Source of the DNA: an uncultured Gemmatimonadales bacterium
GTDB taxonomy: Bacteria > Gemmatimonadota > Gemmatimonadetes > Longimicrobiales > RSA9
Assembly: GCA_963798845.1 (NCBI GenBank)
Contig: CAWCUS010000006.1
Location: 32,001-96,000, forward strand
Length of the DNA: 64,000 bases
Direction of reading: 5' to 3'
The position numbers were made by a program, and so were the translations under genes. Shown piece by piece: positions 37,266 through 46,756 of the stretch; within the stretch, counting starts at the first letter, position 1; each line of letters starts with the position of its first letter. The notes below the pieces were generated by a model. It did no database searches, was not told the DNA's origin, and saw nothing but the letters and a program-made list of their open reading frames with translations.

Positions 37266-40200
37266 ATGCCACAACCTGAAACCGTGCCGGATTCGCCTCG
37301 GCCGGACGGCCCGCACGTCCGGCTGGTGGGAATCGGGGCCTCCGCGGGAGGGGTCCGGGCGCTGGGGGAGTTCTTCCGCGCCCTACCCGAGCGGCCGGGC
37401 ATGGCGTTCGTGGTGGTGATGCACCTCTCGCCCGAGCACGACAGCCAGCTCGCGGAGGTGCTCCAGAAGGATTCGAAGATCCCCGTCCGCCAGGTTCAGG
37501 GCCGCACCCGGCTCGAGCGGGATCACGTGTACGTCATTCCGCCGAACCGCAGCCTCGAGCTGACCGACGGCCATCTCGAGCTGTTCGAGTTCACCGAGCC
37601 GCGGGGGCACCGATCGCCCATCGACACCTTCTTCCGCGGGCTGGCTGCGGTCCACCCGGACGGAATCGGCATCCTGCTCTCCGGCTCGGGCACCGACGGG
37701 GTGGTCGGTCTCAAGGCGATCAAGGAGGGGGGCGGGATCATCCTGGCCCAGTCGCCGGAAGATGCCGAATACGACACGATGCCAAGGAGCGCCATCGCGA
37801 CGGGGCTGGTGGACTTCGTGCTGCCGGCGGGGAGGCTGGCCGGGAAGGTGCTGGAGATCCAATCGGCCAAGGCGGCCTGGCAGCTCCCGGACCCCGAAGG
37901 CCTTCAGGCGGATGAAGCGGAGGCGCTGCGCTCGATCCTGTCGCACCTCCAGGCCCGCACCGGCCGTGACTTCCGCGGCTACAAGAAGAGCACCGTGCTG
38001 CGACGGATCGGCCGTCGCATGCAGGTGCACGGAGCGGAGAACTTCGACCAGTACCTGGACGTGCTGCGGGCAAATCCCACCGAGCCGCGGGCGCTGCTGA
38101 AGGACCTCCTGATCAGCGTCACGACCTTCTTCCGGGATCCGGATGCGTTCGCGGCGCTCGAGAACACGGTCCTGCCTGCCCTCTTTCGTGGTGGGCAGCA
38201 TGCGCCGGAGGAGATCCGCGTGTGGGTGCCCGGCTGCGCCACGGGCGAGGAGGCCTACTCGCTGGCCATGCTCGTGGCGGAGCAGGCCGAGCGGCGGGGC
38301 GGCGGCGTGGAATTGCAGGTGTTCGCGTCGGATCTCGACGCCGATGCCCTCGCCTACGCCCGGGAAGGGCTGTACCCGGACGCCATCGCCGGCGACGTGG
38401 GCATGGATCGTCTGAGCCGCTTTTTCCGCCGAGAGGGCGCCTACTACCGGGTGCGCAACGAGCTCCGCGAGATCGTGCTCTTCGCCGAGCACGACCTGCT
38501 CCGGGACCCGCCGTTCTCGCGCCTCGACCTGCTCACCTGCCGGAACCTCCTGATCTACCTCGAGCGCGGCCTCCAGGAGCGGGTGGCGGAGGTCTTCCGC
38601 TATGCGCTCCGCGCTGGCGGGTTCCTGTTCCTGGGCAGCTCCGAGACGCCGCCGGACGACGGCGGCTTCCGGCCCGTCGACAAGCAGTACCGGATCTACC
38701 GGCGAATCGGCGCCGCGGAGCAGTCCGATCGGCTGCCGGCCATGCCCCTCCTTCCCGGGCCTCGACCGCGATCGCCAGGAGACCGGGTGCCACCCCTCTC
38801 TCCGCAGCAGGAGATCGCTGACGCCGCCATGCACCGCCAGGCCCTGGAGGCGCACGCGCCGCCGAGCGTTCTGGTGGACGCGGAGCACACCATTGTCCAT
38901 GTCTCTCCCCGCGCCCGCCGCTACCTCCAGTTCCCGGCTGGCAGCCCGTCGTCGAACCTCCTCAAGGTCGGTCGCCCGGAGCTGCGCTTCGAGCTCCGCA
39001 GCGTCCTGTACCACGCCCTGGAAAAGGAGGAGGCCGCGCGTTCCGGATGGGTGCCCGTGGAGATCGACGGCGAGGCGCGGCAGGTCCAGGTCCACGCGGC
39101 GCCCGCGCCCGTGGCCGATGACCTGCGCCTCGCCCTGGTGACGTTCCTCGAAGCGCCCGCCGAGGGGCGGGGAGAGGGAGAGGGAGAGGGAGAGGGGGAG
39201 GGGGAGGGGGAGGGGGAGGGGGACCGGGCGCGTGGGCGGGCAGAAGACGTGGCCGGCGCGTCACGGCGGCTGTCGGAGATGGAGGCGGAGCTCGAGAACT
39301 CCCGGACGCGCCTCCAGGAGATGGTGGAGACTTCGGAAACCCGTCAGGAGGAGCTTCGCGCCGCCAACGAGGAGCTCCAGTCCATCAACGAGGAATACAA
39401 GTCGACTCTGGAGGAGCTGGAGACGAGCCGGGAGGAGCTCCAATCGTCCAACGAGGAGCTTCGGACGGTGAACGAGGAGCTGAACCGGAAGGTCGCCGAG
39501 CTGGCCAACGCGAACGACGACCTCCGCAACCTCATGGCGGCGACGGAGGTGCCGACCCTGTTCGTGGACCGGTTGCTCCGCGTCCAGCGGTTCACCCCGG
39601 CGCTCCAGGACGTCTTCAACATCATGCCTGTGGACGAGGGGCGGCCGCTGGACCACCTGACCCACAAGCTCGACTACCCGCAGCTCCGCGAAGACTGCCT
39701 GAACGTGCTGAGCCGGCTCCAGCCGAAAGAGCGCGAGGTCGGCAGCGGCAGCGGCCAATCCTGGCTCGTGCGGCTCACGCCGTACCGCTCGGAGGAGGAC
39801 CGGATCGGGGGCGTGGTGATCACGTTCACCGATGTCACGCGCGTGCGGGAGGCACAGGTTTCGGTCCGCGAGAGCGAGGAGCGCTTCCGTGCGCTGGTGG
39901 AAGCGACCGCCGAGATCGTCTGGACAGCCGATCCCGAAGGCGTCGTGGTGCGGGACTCCCCCAGCTGGCGGGCGTTCACCGGGCAGGCCGTGGAGGACCG
40001 GCTGGAATGGGGCTGGCTCGACGTCGTCCACCCGGAGGAACGGGAGTCGGCCCGGGCCGCGTGGCAGCGAGCGGTCTCCGAAGGCCGTGCGCTGGACAGT
40101 GAGGTCCGCCTCTGGCACGCGCCCTCACAGAGCTGGCGGCTGACGGCGGTCCGGGCGGTTCCGGTCCTCGACTCCGACGGCCGGACCCGGGAGTGGGTGG

Positions 40201-40988
40201 GCATGAACACGGACATCACCGAGGAGCGGGAACGGCAGGAAGACCTCCGTCAGGCGAAAGCTGCCGCCGAGCGGGCGGCCGAGGTGAAGAGCCAGTTCCT
40301 GGCCACCATGAGCCACGAGCTCAGGACGCCGCTGACGGCGGTGATCGGGATGGCGGACCTCATGGAGACCGAGGTGGTCGGCCCCATGAACGAGACGCAG
40401 AAGAAACACCTCCAGCGCATGAAGAAGGCGGCCTGGCACCTGGTCAACATCATCGAGGAAGTGCTGGCCTTCTCCCGTTCGGAAGCCGGGCGAACGCAGC
40501 TCCATCGGACCACCATCGACCTCGCCGCCATCGCCAGAGAGGTCGTGGACGTGCTGGCGGTCGAAGCGGACGAGAAGGGGCTCCGGCTGAGGATCGAGGG
40601 GGCCGACCGTCCCGAGTTCCTGTTCGGCGACGGGGGCAAGGTCCGGCAGGTCGTCACCAACCTCGTCGGCAACGCCCTCAAGTTCACCGATGACGGTGAG
40701 GTCGTGGTCCGGATCGAGCTCCGGGACCGGGACGCCATCGCGCTGACGGTGGCGGACACCGGCCCCGGGATTCCGCCCGAGGTGCGAGAGGAGGTCTTCG
40801 AGCCTTTCCGGCAGGGTGACAACACCGCGACCCGTTCGAAGGGCGGCGTGGGTCTGGGACTGGCGGTGTCCCGCCGCCTCGCGCGCCTGATGGGCGGCGA
40901 CATCGAGCTGGAGAGCCTGCCGCGGGACGGCGCGACCTTCACGCTGACCCTGCCGCGCGAGCCGGACGTCGGCGGCGACCGGGAATAG
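37266..40988 (+). CDS. CheB-CheR-coiled-coil-PAS-HisKA hybrid kinase
   Basis: GIGASAGG, VVMHLS, SGSGTDG; GCATGEEAYS; EELQSINEE repeats; SHELRTPL; GVGLGL. Confidence 0.93.
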   Translation: MPQPETVPDSPRPDGPHVRLVGIGASAGGVRALGEFFRALPERPGMAFVVVMHLSPEHDSQLAEVLQKDSKIPVRQVQGRTRLERDHVYVIPPNRSLELTDGHLELFEFTEPRGHRSPIDTFFRGLAAVHPDGIGILLSGSGTDGVVGLKAIKEGGGIILAQSPEDAEYDTMPRSAIATGLVDFVLPAGRLAGKVLEIQSAKAAWQLPDPEGLQADEAEALRSILSHLQARTGRDFRGYKKSTVLRRIGRRMQVHGAENFDQYLDVLRANPTEPRALLKDLLISVTTFFRDPDAFAALENTVLPALFRGGQHAPEEIRVWVPGCATGEEAYSLAMLVAEQAERRGGGVELQVFASDLDADALAYAREGLYPDAIAGDVGMDRLSRFFRREGAYYRVRNELREIVLFAEHDLLRDPPFSRLDLLTCRNLLIYLERGLQERVAEVFRYALRAGGFLFLGSSETPPDDGGFRPVDKQYRIYRRIGAAEQSDRLPAMPLLPGPRPRSPGDRVPPLSPQQEIADAAMHRQALEAHAPPSVLVDAEHTIVHVSPRARRYLQFPAGSPSSNLLKVGRPELRFELRSVLYHALEKEEAARSGWVPVEIDGEARQVQVHAAPAPVADDLRLALVTFLEAPAEGRGEGEGEGEGEGEGEGEGDRARGRAEDVAGASRRLSEMEAELENSRTRLQEMVETSETRQEELRAANEELQSINEEYKSTLEELETSREELQSSNEELRTVNEELNRKVAELANANDDLRNLMAATEVPTLFVDRLLRVQRFTPALQDVFNIMPVDEGRPLDHLTHKLDYPQLREDCLNVLSRLQPKEREVGSGSGQSWLVRLTPYRSEEDRIGGVVITFTDVTRVREAQVSVRESEERFRALVEATAEIVWTADPEGVVVRDSPSWRAFTGQAVEDRLEWGWLDVVHPEERESARAAWQRAVSEGRALDSEVRLWHAPSQSWRLTAVRAVPVLDSDGRTREWVGMNTDITEERERQEDLRQAKAAAERAAEVKSQFLATMSHELRTPLTAVIGMADLMETEVVGPMNETQKKHLQRMKKAAWHLVNIIEEVLAFSRSEAGRTQLHRTTIDLAAIAREVVDVLAVEADEKGLRLRIEGADRPEFLFGDGGKVRQVVTNLVGNALKFTDDGEVVVRIELRDRDAIALTVADTGPGIPPEVREEVFEPFRQGDNTATRSKGGVGLGLAVSRRLARLMGGDIELESLPRDGATFTLTLPREPDVGGDRE
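39171..39218 (+). repeat. (GGAGAG)4(GGGGAG)4 microsatellite encoding (GE)8
   Basis: Read directly from the sequence; in frame within the hybrid kinase. Confidence 0.95.
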
Positions 40989-40998
40989 CCTCCGGATC

Positions 40999-41694
40999 GT
41001 GTCCACCATCACCTCCGACCTCTCGCCCGATCCGCAGCTCCAGGCACTGGCCCGCGAAGCACTGGCGCTGCTCAGAGATCATCTCCACGTCCGGCATTTC
41101 CGAAAGGGCAATCTGCTCTGGCGCGAGGGGGACACGTCCGGGATGCTGGTGTCCCTGCGCTCGGGGCGCGTGAAGATCTACCGGCGTCTGGGCGGCGATC
41201 GGGAAGCCACCCTCTTCCTCTTCGGGCCCGGCGACCTGTTCGGGTTCCTGCCGTTCATCGACGGTGAGGCGTATCCGGCCTCAGCCCGCGCCATGGACGA
41301 TGTGGAAGCGGACGTCATGGCCCGGTCCGCGCTCCTGGAAGTGCTGAGAGCGCAGCCGGAGCTGGGGATCACCCTCATCGGGCTCCTGGGCGGGCGCCTG
41401 CGTGCCTCCTTCGACCTGATTCGCTCGCTCTCGACCCCCAGCGCCCGCGTCCGGGTAGCGCGAGCGCTGCTCGAACAGATCCAGCATTCCACCTCAGGAT
41501 CGGCACACCCCCTCATCACGCTCCCCGTCTCCAACCAGGAGTTTGCCAGCGCACTGGGGATCGTGCCCGAGACTCTGTCCCGCACCCTGACCGGCCTGGT
41601 CGAGGGCGGCGTGCTGGAGCGCACAGGCTCCGGCGACTACCGGGTCCTGGACCTGGCCGGACTCACGCGCGCTTCCGAGCCTGCGGCGGAGTAG
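40999..41694 (+). CDS. Crp/Fnr family transcriptional regulator (Dnr/NnrR/HcpR-like)
   Basis: cNMP-like barrel (SGRVKIY…GPGDLFG…YPASA); HTH EFASALGIVPETLSR; no Cys. Confidence 0.88.
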   Translation: MSTITSDLSPDPQLQALAREALALLRDHLHVRHFRKGNLLWREGDTSGMLVSLRSGRVKIYRRLGGDREATLFLFGPGDLFGFLPFIDGEAYPASARAMDDVEADVMARSALLEVLRAQPELGITLIGLLGGRLRASFDLIRSLSTPSARVRVARALLEQIQHSTSGSAHPLITLPVSNQEFASALGIVPETLSRTLTGLVEGGVLERTGSGDYRVLDLAGLTRASEPAAE

Positions 41695-41697
41695 AGC

Positions 41698-41767
41698 CCG
41701 CCCGGCCAGTGCGCCGTGGGATGGCCGCCCGGCCAGGGCGCCGTGGCATGGCCACCCGGCTGCGCCG
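41698..41767 (+). repeat. 27-bp tandem repeat (2 full copies + degenerate partial)
   Basis: CCGCCCGGCCAGTGCGCCGTGGGATGG / CCGCCCGGCCAGGGCGCCGTGGCATGG / CCACCCGGCTGCGCCG. Confidence 0.8.
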
Positions 41768-41796
41768 CGAAGGGCCCCGGCCGCCACTCACCACGG

Positions 41797-41810
41797 TTGA
41801 TCCCGGTCAA
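41797..41810. promoter_or_regulatory. FNR-type binding box
   Basis: TTGAT-CCCG-GTCAA, one mismatch from TTGAT-N4-ATCAA, between the Crp/Fnr gene and the fmdE-like gene. Confidence 0.7.
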
Positions 41811-41934
41811 TGCGTGTCCGCCCCACGACCGCCAGGTTCGTGTGCACGGGCCGAGCGGCGGCCCGGCGGGAGCGACTCGCGTTGCGGGCGAGGCCCGCTT
41901 CCGTTGATCCGGAGGACGACGTGGAGGAGCGACA

Positions 41935-42552
41935 ATGGTGGATCCAGAGGAATATCTCGAAGCCGGACTGAAGCTGCACGGCCACAGGTGTCCGGCGATG
42001 CCCATGGGGCTGCGCGCGGCGGCCATTGCCATGAACCGGCTGGGTGTGGAGCGCTCGGGCGCCAAGACCCTGGTGGCACTGGTCGAGCTCGGCGACGGCC
42101 ACTGCGCGCATTGCTTCGGCGACGGCGTCCAGACCGTCTCGGGCTGCACGTTCGGAAAGGGCAACATACAGAAGCTGGGCTATGGCAAGTTCGGCCTCAC
42201 GCTCGTGGACAGGGAGACGGGACGCGCCGTCCGGGTCGTCCCCCGGGGAGAGGCGCAGATGCGGATGAAGCAGACTCCGTTCTTCAAGGAGTACCGGATG
42301 AAGGGGATCCCACCGACGGAAGTGCCGGAGGAAGTCGTGGACCCGCTCATCCGCAGGGTCCTGTCCGGCCCCGAGGACGAGATGTTCAAGGTGAGCGACG
42401 TCTTCACCCACGCGCTCGCGCCCCAGGAAGAGGACTTCGCCTCCTTCGTGTGCGAGCGGTGCGGTGACATGGTGGTGGAACGCTACGGCCGCGTGGTGGG
42501 AGAGGCCAAGGTGTGCATCCCCTGTCAGGAAGCCCTGCTGGCCGACAGGTAG
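41935..42552 (+). CDS. FmdE family protein with C-terminal DksA/TraR-type C4 zinc finger
   Basis: HGHRCPAMPMG, CFGDGVQTVSGCTFGKGN, GKFGLT, CERCGD…CIPC; GGAGGAG RBS. Confidence 0.9.
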   Translation: MVDPEEYLEAGLKLHGHRCPAMPMGLRAAAIAMNRLGVERSGAKTLVALVELGDGHCAHCFGDGVQTVSGCTFGKGNIQKLGYGKFGLTLVDRETGRAVRVVPRGEAQMRMKQTPFFKEYRMKGIPPTEVPEEVVDPLIRRVLSGPEDEMFKVSDVFTHALAPQEEDFASFVCERCGDMVVERYGRVVGEAKVCIPCQEALLADR

Positions 42553-42554
42553 CC

Positions 42555-43304
42555 ATGCTCCACGCATCGATCGCGGTGGCGTTTGTCGGCGCGTCGTTCC
42601 TGTTCTCGATGCTCGGCCTGGGCGGCGCGCTCGTCTACGTCCCCGTCCTGACGTGGGCCGGCTTCCCGGTCAGGGAGGTGGCCATTCCGCTGGCCCTCCT
42701 GCTCAACGGGCTCACCACCCTGATCGCGCTCGGGTCCTATGTCCACGCCAGGCTGGTCGACTGGAGGGGTGGACTCGGCATGACGGTTGGGGCATTCGCC
42801 TTCGCGCCGGTCGGGGCGTTCGCGTCCCGGGTCGTGCCCGTACGATTCCTGCTCGGCCTCTTCGCCATCGCCGTGCTGGTGGCGGCTTTCCGGATGCTCG
42901 CCATGTCCAGGACCCCCGAGCCCGGAGATCTCATGCCGTTGCGGAGGAGGCTGATCATCGGATCCGCCGTCGGGGTCTTCGCCGGGTTCATGGCGGGACT
43001 CCTCGGGATCGGCGGCGGCTTCATCATGTCTCCCCTTCTCATGTGGATGGGGTACGAGACGAAGCAGGCCGTGGCGACGTCTGCCCTGGCCGTGACCTTC
43101 TCGTCCTTCTCCGGGTTCGGCGGACACATCGCACAGGGGCACCTCGACCTGACGCTGACGGCGCTGCTGGCCTTCGCAGTGCTGATGGGCGCTTTCGCGG
43201 GAAGCCGATTCATGGTGACGAAGGCGAAATCGGCGAGGGTCAAGCAGGTGTTCGCCCTCGTGCTCTTCGCCATCGCCGCCAAGCTGCTGGTGGGGGTGCT
43301 CTGA
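42555..43304 (+). CDS. sulfite exporter TauE/SafE family permease
   Basis: SMLGLGGALVYVP and GLLGIGGGFIMSP duplicated motifs; 8 TM helices. Confidence 0.9.
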   Translation: MLHASIAVAFVGASFLFSMLGLGGALVYVPVLTWAGFPVREVAIPLALLLNGLTTLIALGSYVHARLVDWRGGLGMTVGAFAFAPVGAFASRVVPVRFLLGLFAIAVLVAAFRMLAMSRTPEPGDLMPLRRRLIIGSAVGVFAGFMAGLLGIGGGFIMSPLLMWMGYETKQAVATSALAVTFSSFSGFGGHIAQGHLDLTLTALLAFAVLMGAFAGSRFMVTKAKSARVKQVFALVLFAIAAKLLVGVL

Positions 43305-43370
43305 GGGGCCTCGGCGCGGCCGTCGTGAGTCGTACGCGGGAGTCGGCTCCGCCCGGCCGGGCCGCCCCGA

Positions 43371-44486
43371 TCAGGACCCCGGCCTCAAGCCTGCCGGGAC
43401 GACGCAGTTCGACACCGACGCCAGCTCCGCCTCCGCCGCCGGGAAGTACTTCCGCCTCCACCACAACGCCACGTTGACCAGACCGATCAGGACCGGCACT
43501 TCCACGAGCGGGCCGATCACGGCCGCGAACGCGGCCCCGTGTGCGATCCCGAACGTGCCCACCGCCACCGCGATGGCCAGCTCGAAGTTGTTCGACGCGG
43601 CCGTGAACGACAGCGTGGCCGTCTGCGGGTACGTGGCGCCCACCGCCCGGCTCATGAAGAAGGTGACGGCGAACATGACCAGGAAATAGACGAGCAGCGG
43701 GATCGCCACCAGGACCACCTGCGACGGCTGCTCGACGATCGCGCGCCCCTGGATCGAGAACATCACCACGATCGTGAACAGCAGCGCCACCAGCGTTAGC
43801 GGGCTGATCTTCGGGACGAACCGCTCGTGGTACCACGTCTTTCCCCTGGCCTTCACCAGCGCGAATCGCGTCAGCATGCCGGCCAGGAACGGGATGCCGA
43901 GGTAGACGAACACGCTCTCCGCGATGCGCCCCATGGTGATGTCCACCACCGTCCGCTCGAGCCCCAGCCACCCCGGAACGACGGTGATGAAGGCCCACGC
44001 ATAGACCGAGTAGAACAGCACCTGGAAGATCGAGTTGAAGGCGACGAGCCCCGCGGCGTACTCGTTGTCCCCCTCCGCCAGCTCGTTCCAGACGATCACC
44101 ATGGCGATGCAGCGCGCCAGCCCGATCAGGATCAGGCCGACCATCAGCTCCGGGTGGTGGCGCAGGAAGAGCACGGCCAGGCCGAACATGAGCAGCGGAC
44201 CGATGATCCAGTTCTGGACCAGCGAAAGGCCCAGCACCTTCCAGTCCCGGAAGACGTCGCCGAGCTCCTCGTAGCGCACCTTGGCAAGCGGCGGGTACAT
44301 CATGAGGATGAGCCCCGCGGCGATGGGGATCGAGGTCGTCCCGACCTGCGTCGCCTGGTTGATCGCCGTCACCGGCTCAGGCCACAGGTATCCGAGCCCC
44401 ACGCCCACCCCCATCGCCAGGCCGATCCATGCCGTCAGGTACCGGTCCAGGAACGACATCCGCCGCCCGACACCGCCCGCGGTCAT
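43371..44486 (-). CDS. acr3: ACR3 arsenite efflux transporter
   Basis: [59 protein letters not shown] coupling. Confidence 0.95.
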   Translation of the reverse strand: MTAGGVGRRMSFLDRYLTAWIGLAMGVGVGLGYLWPEPVTAINQATQVGTTSIPIAAGLILMMYPPLAKVRYEELGDVFRDWKVLGLSLVQNWIIGPLLMFGLAVLFLRHHPELMVGLILIGLARCIAMVIVWNELAEGDNEYAAGLVAFNSIFQVLFYSVYAWAFITVVPGWLGLERTVVDITMGRIAESVFVYLGIPFLAGMLTRFALVKARGKTWYHERFVPKISPLTLVALLFTIVVMFSIQGRAIVEQPSQVVLVAIPLLVYFLVMFAVTFFMSRAVGATYPQTATLSFTAASNNFELAIAVAVGTFGIAHGAAFAAVIGPLVEVPVLIGLVNVALWWRRKYFPAAEAELASVSNCVVPAGLRPGS

Positions 44487-45256
44487 CCGGTGTCCGCCGT
44501 CCGCGTGGTCGGCATCCCGCCCGTCTCCAGGTACACGGCGAACTCGTCCGGAAGCTCGCTCTCGCCGATCGCCGCCATCGTCCGCTCCAGCTCGTACTCG
44601 ACGCGGACGAACTCGACCCCCACCCGTTCGCCGTCCAGCTCCACCAGCACGTAGCCCGCGCGCCAGTCGCCGTCCTTCGGCCGCCCGACGGACCCCGTGT
44701 TCACGAGATGGATCCCGTCCACCGTCCGCGTCCATGGCCTGTGCGTGTGACCGAACGCCACCACATCGCCCGCCCTGGCGCCGAGCTGCTCCGCCATCTG
44801 CCGGCAGAACCTGTCCGAACGATCTTCGGTCCAGTAGACCGTGTTCAGCACCGGGTTGCCGTGCACCAGGATGAGCCGGGGCCCGGCGACATGGCCGCCC
44901 AGCGGCCGGATGTCGATGCGGAACGGCAGGCTCCCCAGCCAGCGCTTCGTACCGGCGGTCACGTTGGCGCGAGTCCACGCGTAGCTGAGATGGCTCAGCG
45001 CCTCCTGCCGCGCGTCTTCATACCTGCATCCGCAGTGCTCGTAGTCGGTGGCCGTGGTCGAGTCGTAGTTCCCGGCCACGCCGGGGATGGCCCGATCGCG
45101 GAGCGCCGCCACCACCTCCTCCGGCCATGGCGCGTATCCCACCAGGTCGCCGAGGTGGTAGACGCCGGTCAGGTCGCTCCGGGAGTCAATGTCGGCCAGC
45201 ACCGCCTCCAGGGCGGGCAGGTTCCCGTGGATGTCGCTGATGAGCGCGTACTTCAT
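44483..45256 (-). CDS. ars-operon metallophosphoesterase (YfcE/MJ0912-like)
   Basis: SDIHGN, LGDLVGY, GNYD, VHGNP, GHTH, NTGSVG; coupled by ATGA to both neighbours. Confidence 0.9.
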   Translation of the reverse strand: MKYALISDIHGNLPALEAVLADIDSRSDLTGVYHLGDLVGYAPWPEEVVAALRDRAIPGVAGNYDSTTATDYEHCGCRYEDARQEALSHLSYAWTRANVTAGTKRWLGSLPFRIDIRPLGGHVAGPRLILVHGNPVLNTVYWTEDRSDRFCRQMAEQLGARAGDVVAFGHTHRPWTRTVDGIHLVNTGSVGRPKDGDWRAGYVLVELDGERVGVEFVRVEYELERTMAAIGESELPDEFAVYLETGGMPTTRTADTG

Positions 45257-45768
45257 GGCGCACCTCGCAGTGTCGTCGCCCGGCCGCTGCCGGGCACCGG
45301 ATCGAGGACCATCGCGACCGCCGAAGCCGGGCACGCTTCCCGGAACTCCACGGACTGCTGAACGTCCGGCGGTGCCGCGCTTCGTTCGATCCGACGGAAG
45401 CCGAACCGGGGGAAGTACTCCTCCGCCGTGGTCGTCAGGAGGTACAGGCGACGGAGCCCCCCCTCGCGCGCACCCGCCAGAGCCCTTCTCGTCAGCTCGC
45501 CGCCCAGGCCGGTCCCCCGACGCCCCGCCACCACCGCCACGGAGCGCAGCACCCCGTCCCGGCCGTGTGTCTCGACCCCCGCGACGCCCAGCAGCGCCTC
45601 GCCCTCCTCCGCCACGACGAAACCGGGCAGGTGCTCGGCCACCCCCGCCCCAGGCAAGCTGGCACCCTCGAGGAGCCCCAGGACCGCCGGGAGGTCAGAA
45701 TCCCTCGCCGGCCGGAGCACCACCCCGTCCGACTCGCCCGGCGTCGCTCTCGCCACAGTCTCAGCCAC
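45253..45768 (-). CDS. arsN2: arsenic-resistance GNAT N-acetyltransferase, ArsN2-like
   Basis: LRSVAV…RGTGLG, LYLLTTTAEEYF…GF, EFREACPASA; GTG start overlapping the arsM stop. Confidence 0.85.
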   Translation of the reverse strand: MAETVARATPGESDGVVLRPARDSDLPAVLGLLEGASLPGAGVAEHLPGFVVAEEGEALLGVAGVETHGRDGVLRSVAVVAGRRGTGLGGELTRRALAGAREGGLRRLYLLTTTAEEYFPRFGFRRIERSAAPPDVQQSVEFREACPASAVAMVLDPVPGSGRATTLRGAP

Positions 45769-46675
45769 AGCAGCCGGGCCCGCAGCAGGGCTCCTCCACG
45801 GCGGCCACGGCGGCTCCCGCCGGCGACGGCTCAGCGGCCGCCGCCGGTTTCCTGGCCCGCACGAACGCCGACAGGATCCGCCCGCGCACCGCCTCCGCCA
45901 TGGCGCCCACATCCAAACCCGCCTCCTCCAGGAACGAGCGCGCATCCTCCGGCTCGTACACCCGCGTCGGCTCCAGCGAAGGAGCCTCGAACCCGACATC
46001 CCGGAGCAGCTTTTCGAACTCGTCCATGTCCAGCGCCCCCGCGACACAGCCGACCCACAGCGCCATGCTCTTCCGCACCTCCGCCGGGATCTCCCCACGC
46101 GTCACCACGTCCGACACCGCGAAGCGGCCGCCCGGCTTCAGCACCCGGTATGCCTCGCCCAGGACCTTCCGCTTGTCCGCCGACAGGTTGATCACGCAGT
46201 TGCTGATGATCACGTCCACCGACGCGTCCGGCAGCGGGATGGTCTCGATGTCGCCCCTCAGGAACTCCACGTTCGTCGCCCCCGCCTCCGCCGCGTTCCG
46301 CCGCGCCAGCGCCAGCATCTCGTCCGTCATGTCCAGCCCGTACGCTCTCCCCGTCGGGCCCACCCGCTTCGCGCTCAGCAGGACGTCGATTCCACCCCCG
46401 CTCCCCAGGTCGAGCACCACCTCTCCCGCCTTCAGCTCCGCCAGCGCCGTCGGATTCCCGCACCCCAGTGATGCCAGCACAGCCGCTTCCGGCAGCGACG
46501 AAGCCGTCACCGCGTCGTACAGGTCTCGCGTGATCGGGTCCCTGAACCCCCCGTCCGCCTTCGTCTCCCCGCACCCGCACTTCGTCCCGCAGCACGTCGA
46601 TGGCTCGCCGCTCACCACCCGCAGCGCCGCCTCCCCGTACTTCTGCCGCACCACCGACTTCACGTCCCCGCTCAT
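45761..46675 (-). CDS. arsM: arsenite S-adenosylmethionine methyltransferase
   Basis: SLGCGNP, VLDLGSGGGID, IISNCVINLS, LWVGCVAG; Cys-rich termini. Confidence 0.95.
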   Translation of the reverse strand: MSGDVKSVVRQKYGEAALRVVSGEPSTCCGTKCGCGETKADGGFRDPITRDLYDAVTASSLPEAAVLASLGCGNPTALAELKAGEVVLDLGSGGGIDVLLSAKRVGPTGRAYGLDMTDEMLALARRNAAEAGATNVEFLRGDIETIPLPDASVDVIISNCVINLSADKRKVLGEAYRVLKPGGRFAVSDVVTRGEIPAEVRKSMALWVGCVAGALDMDEFEKLLRDVGFEAPSLEPTRVYEPEDARSFLEEAGLDVGAMAEAVRGRILSAFVRARKPAAAAEPSPAGAAVAAVEEPCCGPGCCG

Positions 46676-46689
46676 GTCATCCTCCGGCG

Positions 46690-46705
46690 ATCAACATCGA
46701 TTGAT
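46690..46705. promoter_or_regulatory. ArsR-type operator between arsR and arsM
   Basis: Perfect ATCAA-CATCGA-TTGAT, next to an A7/T7 run at 46716-46722. Confidence 0.75.
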
Positions 46706-46756
46706 GCTTTGGCCCAAAAAAACTCCGCACTCGCGGCCCACCCCACGAACACCTGG

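Noticed and set aside
41698..41767. Possible mini-CRISPR
   Set aside because: Repeats are directly adjacent with no spacers, and there are no cas genes.
41935..42552. Evidence for methanogenesis or formylmethanofuran dehydrogenase
   Set aside because: Only the accessory FmdE-like gene is present; there are no fmd/fwd catalytic subunits.
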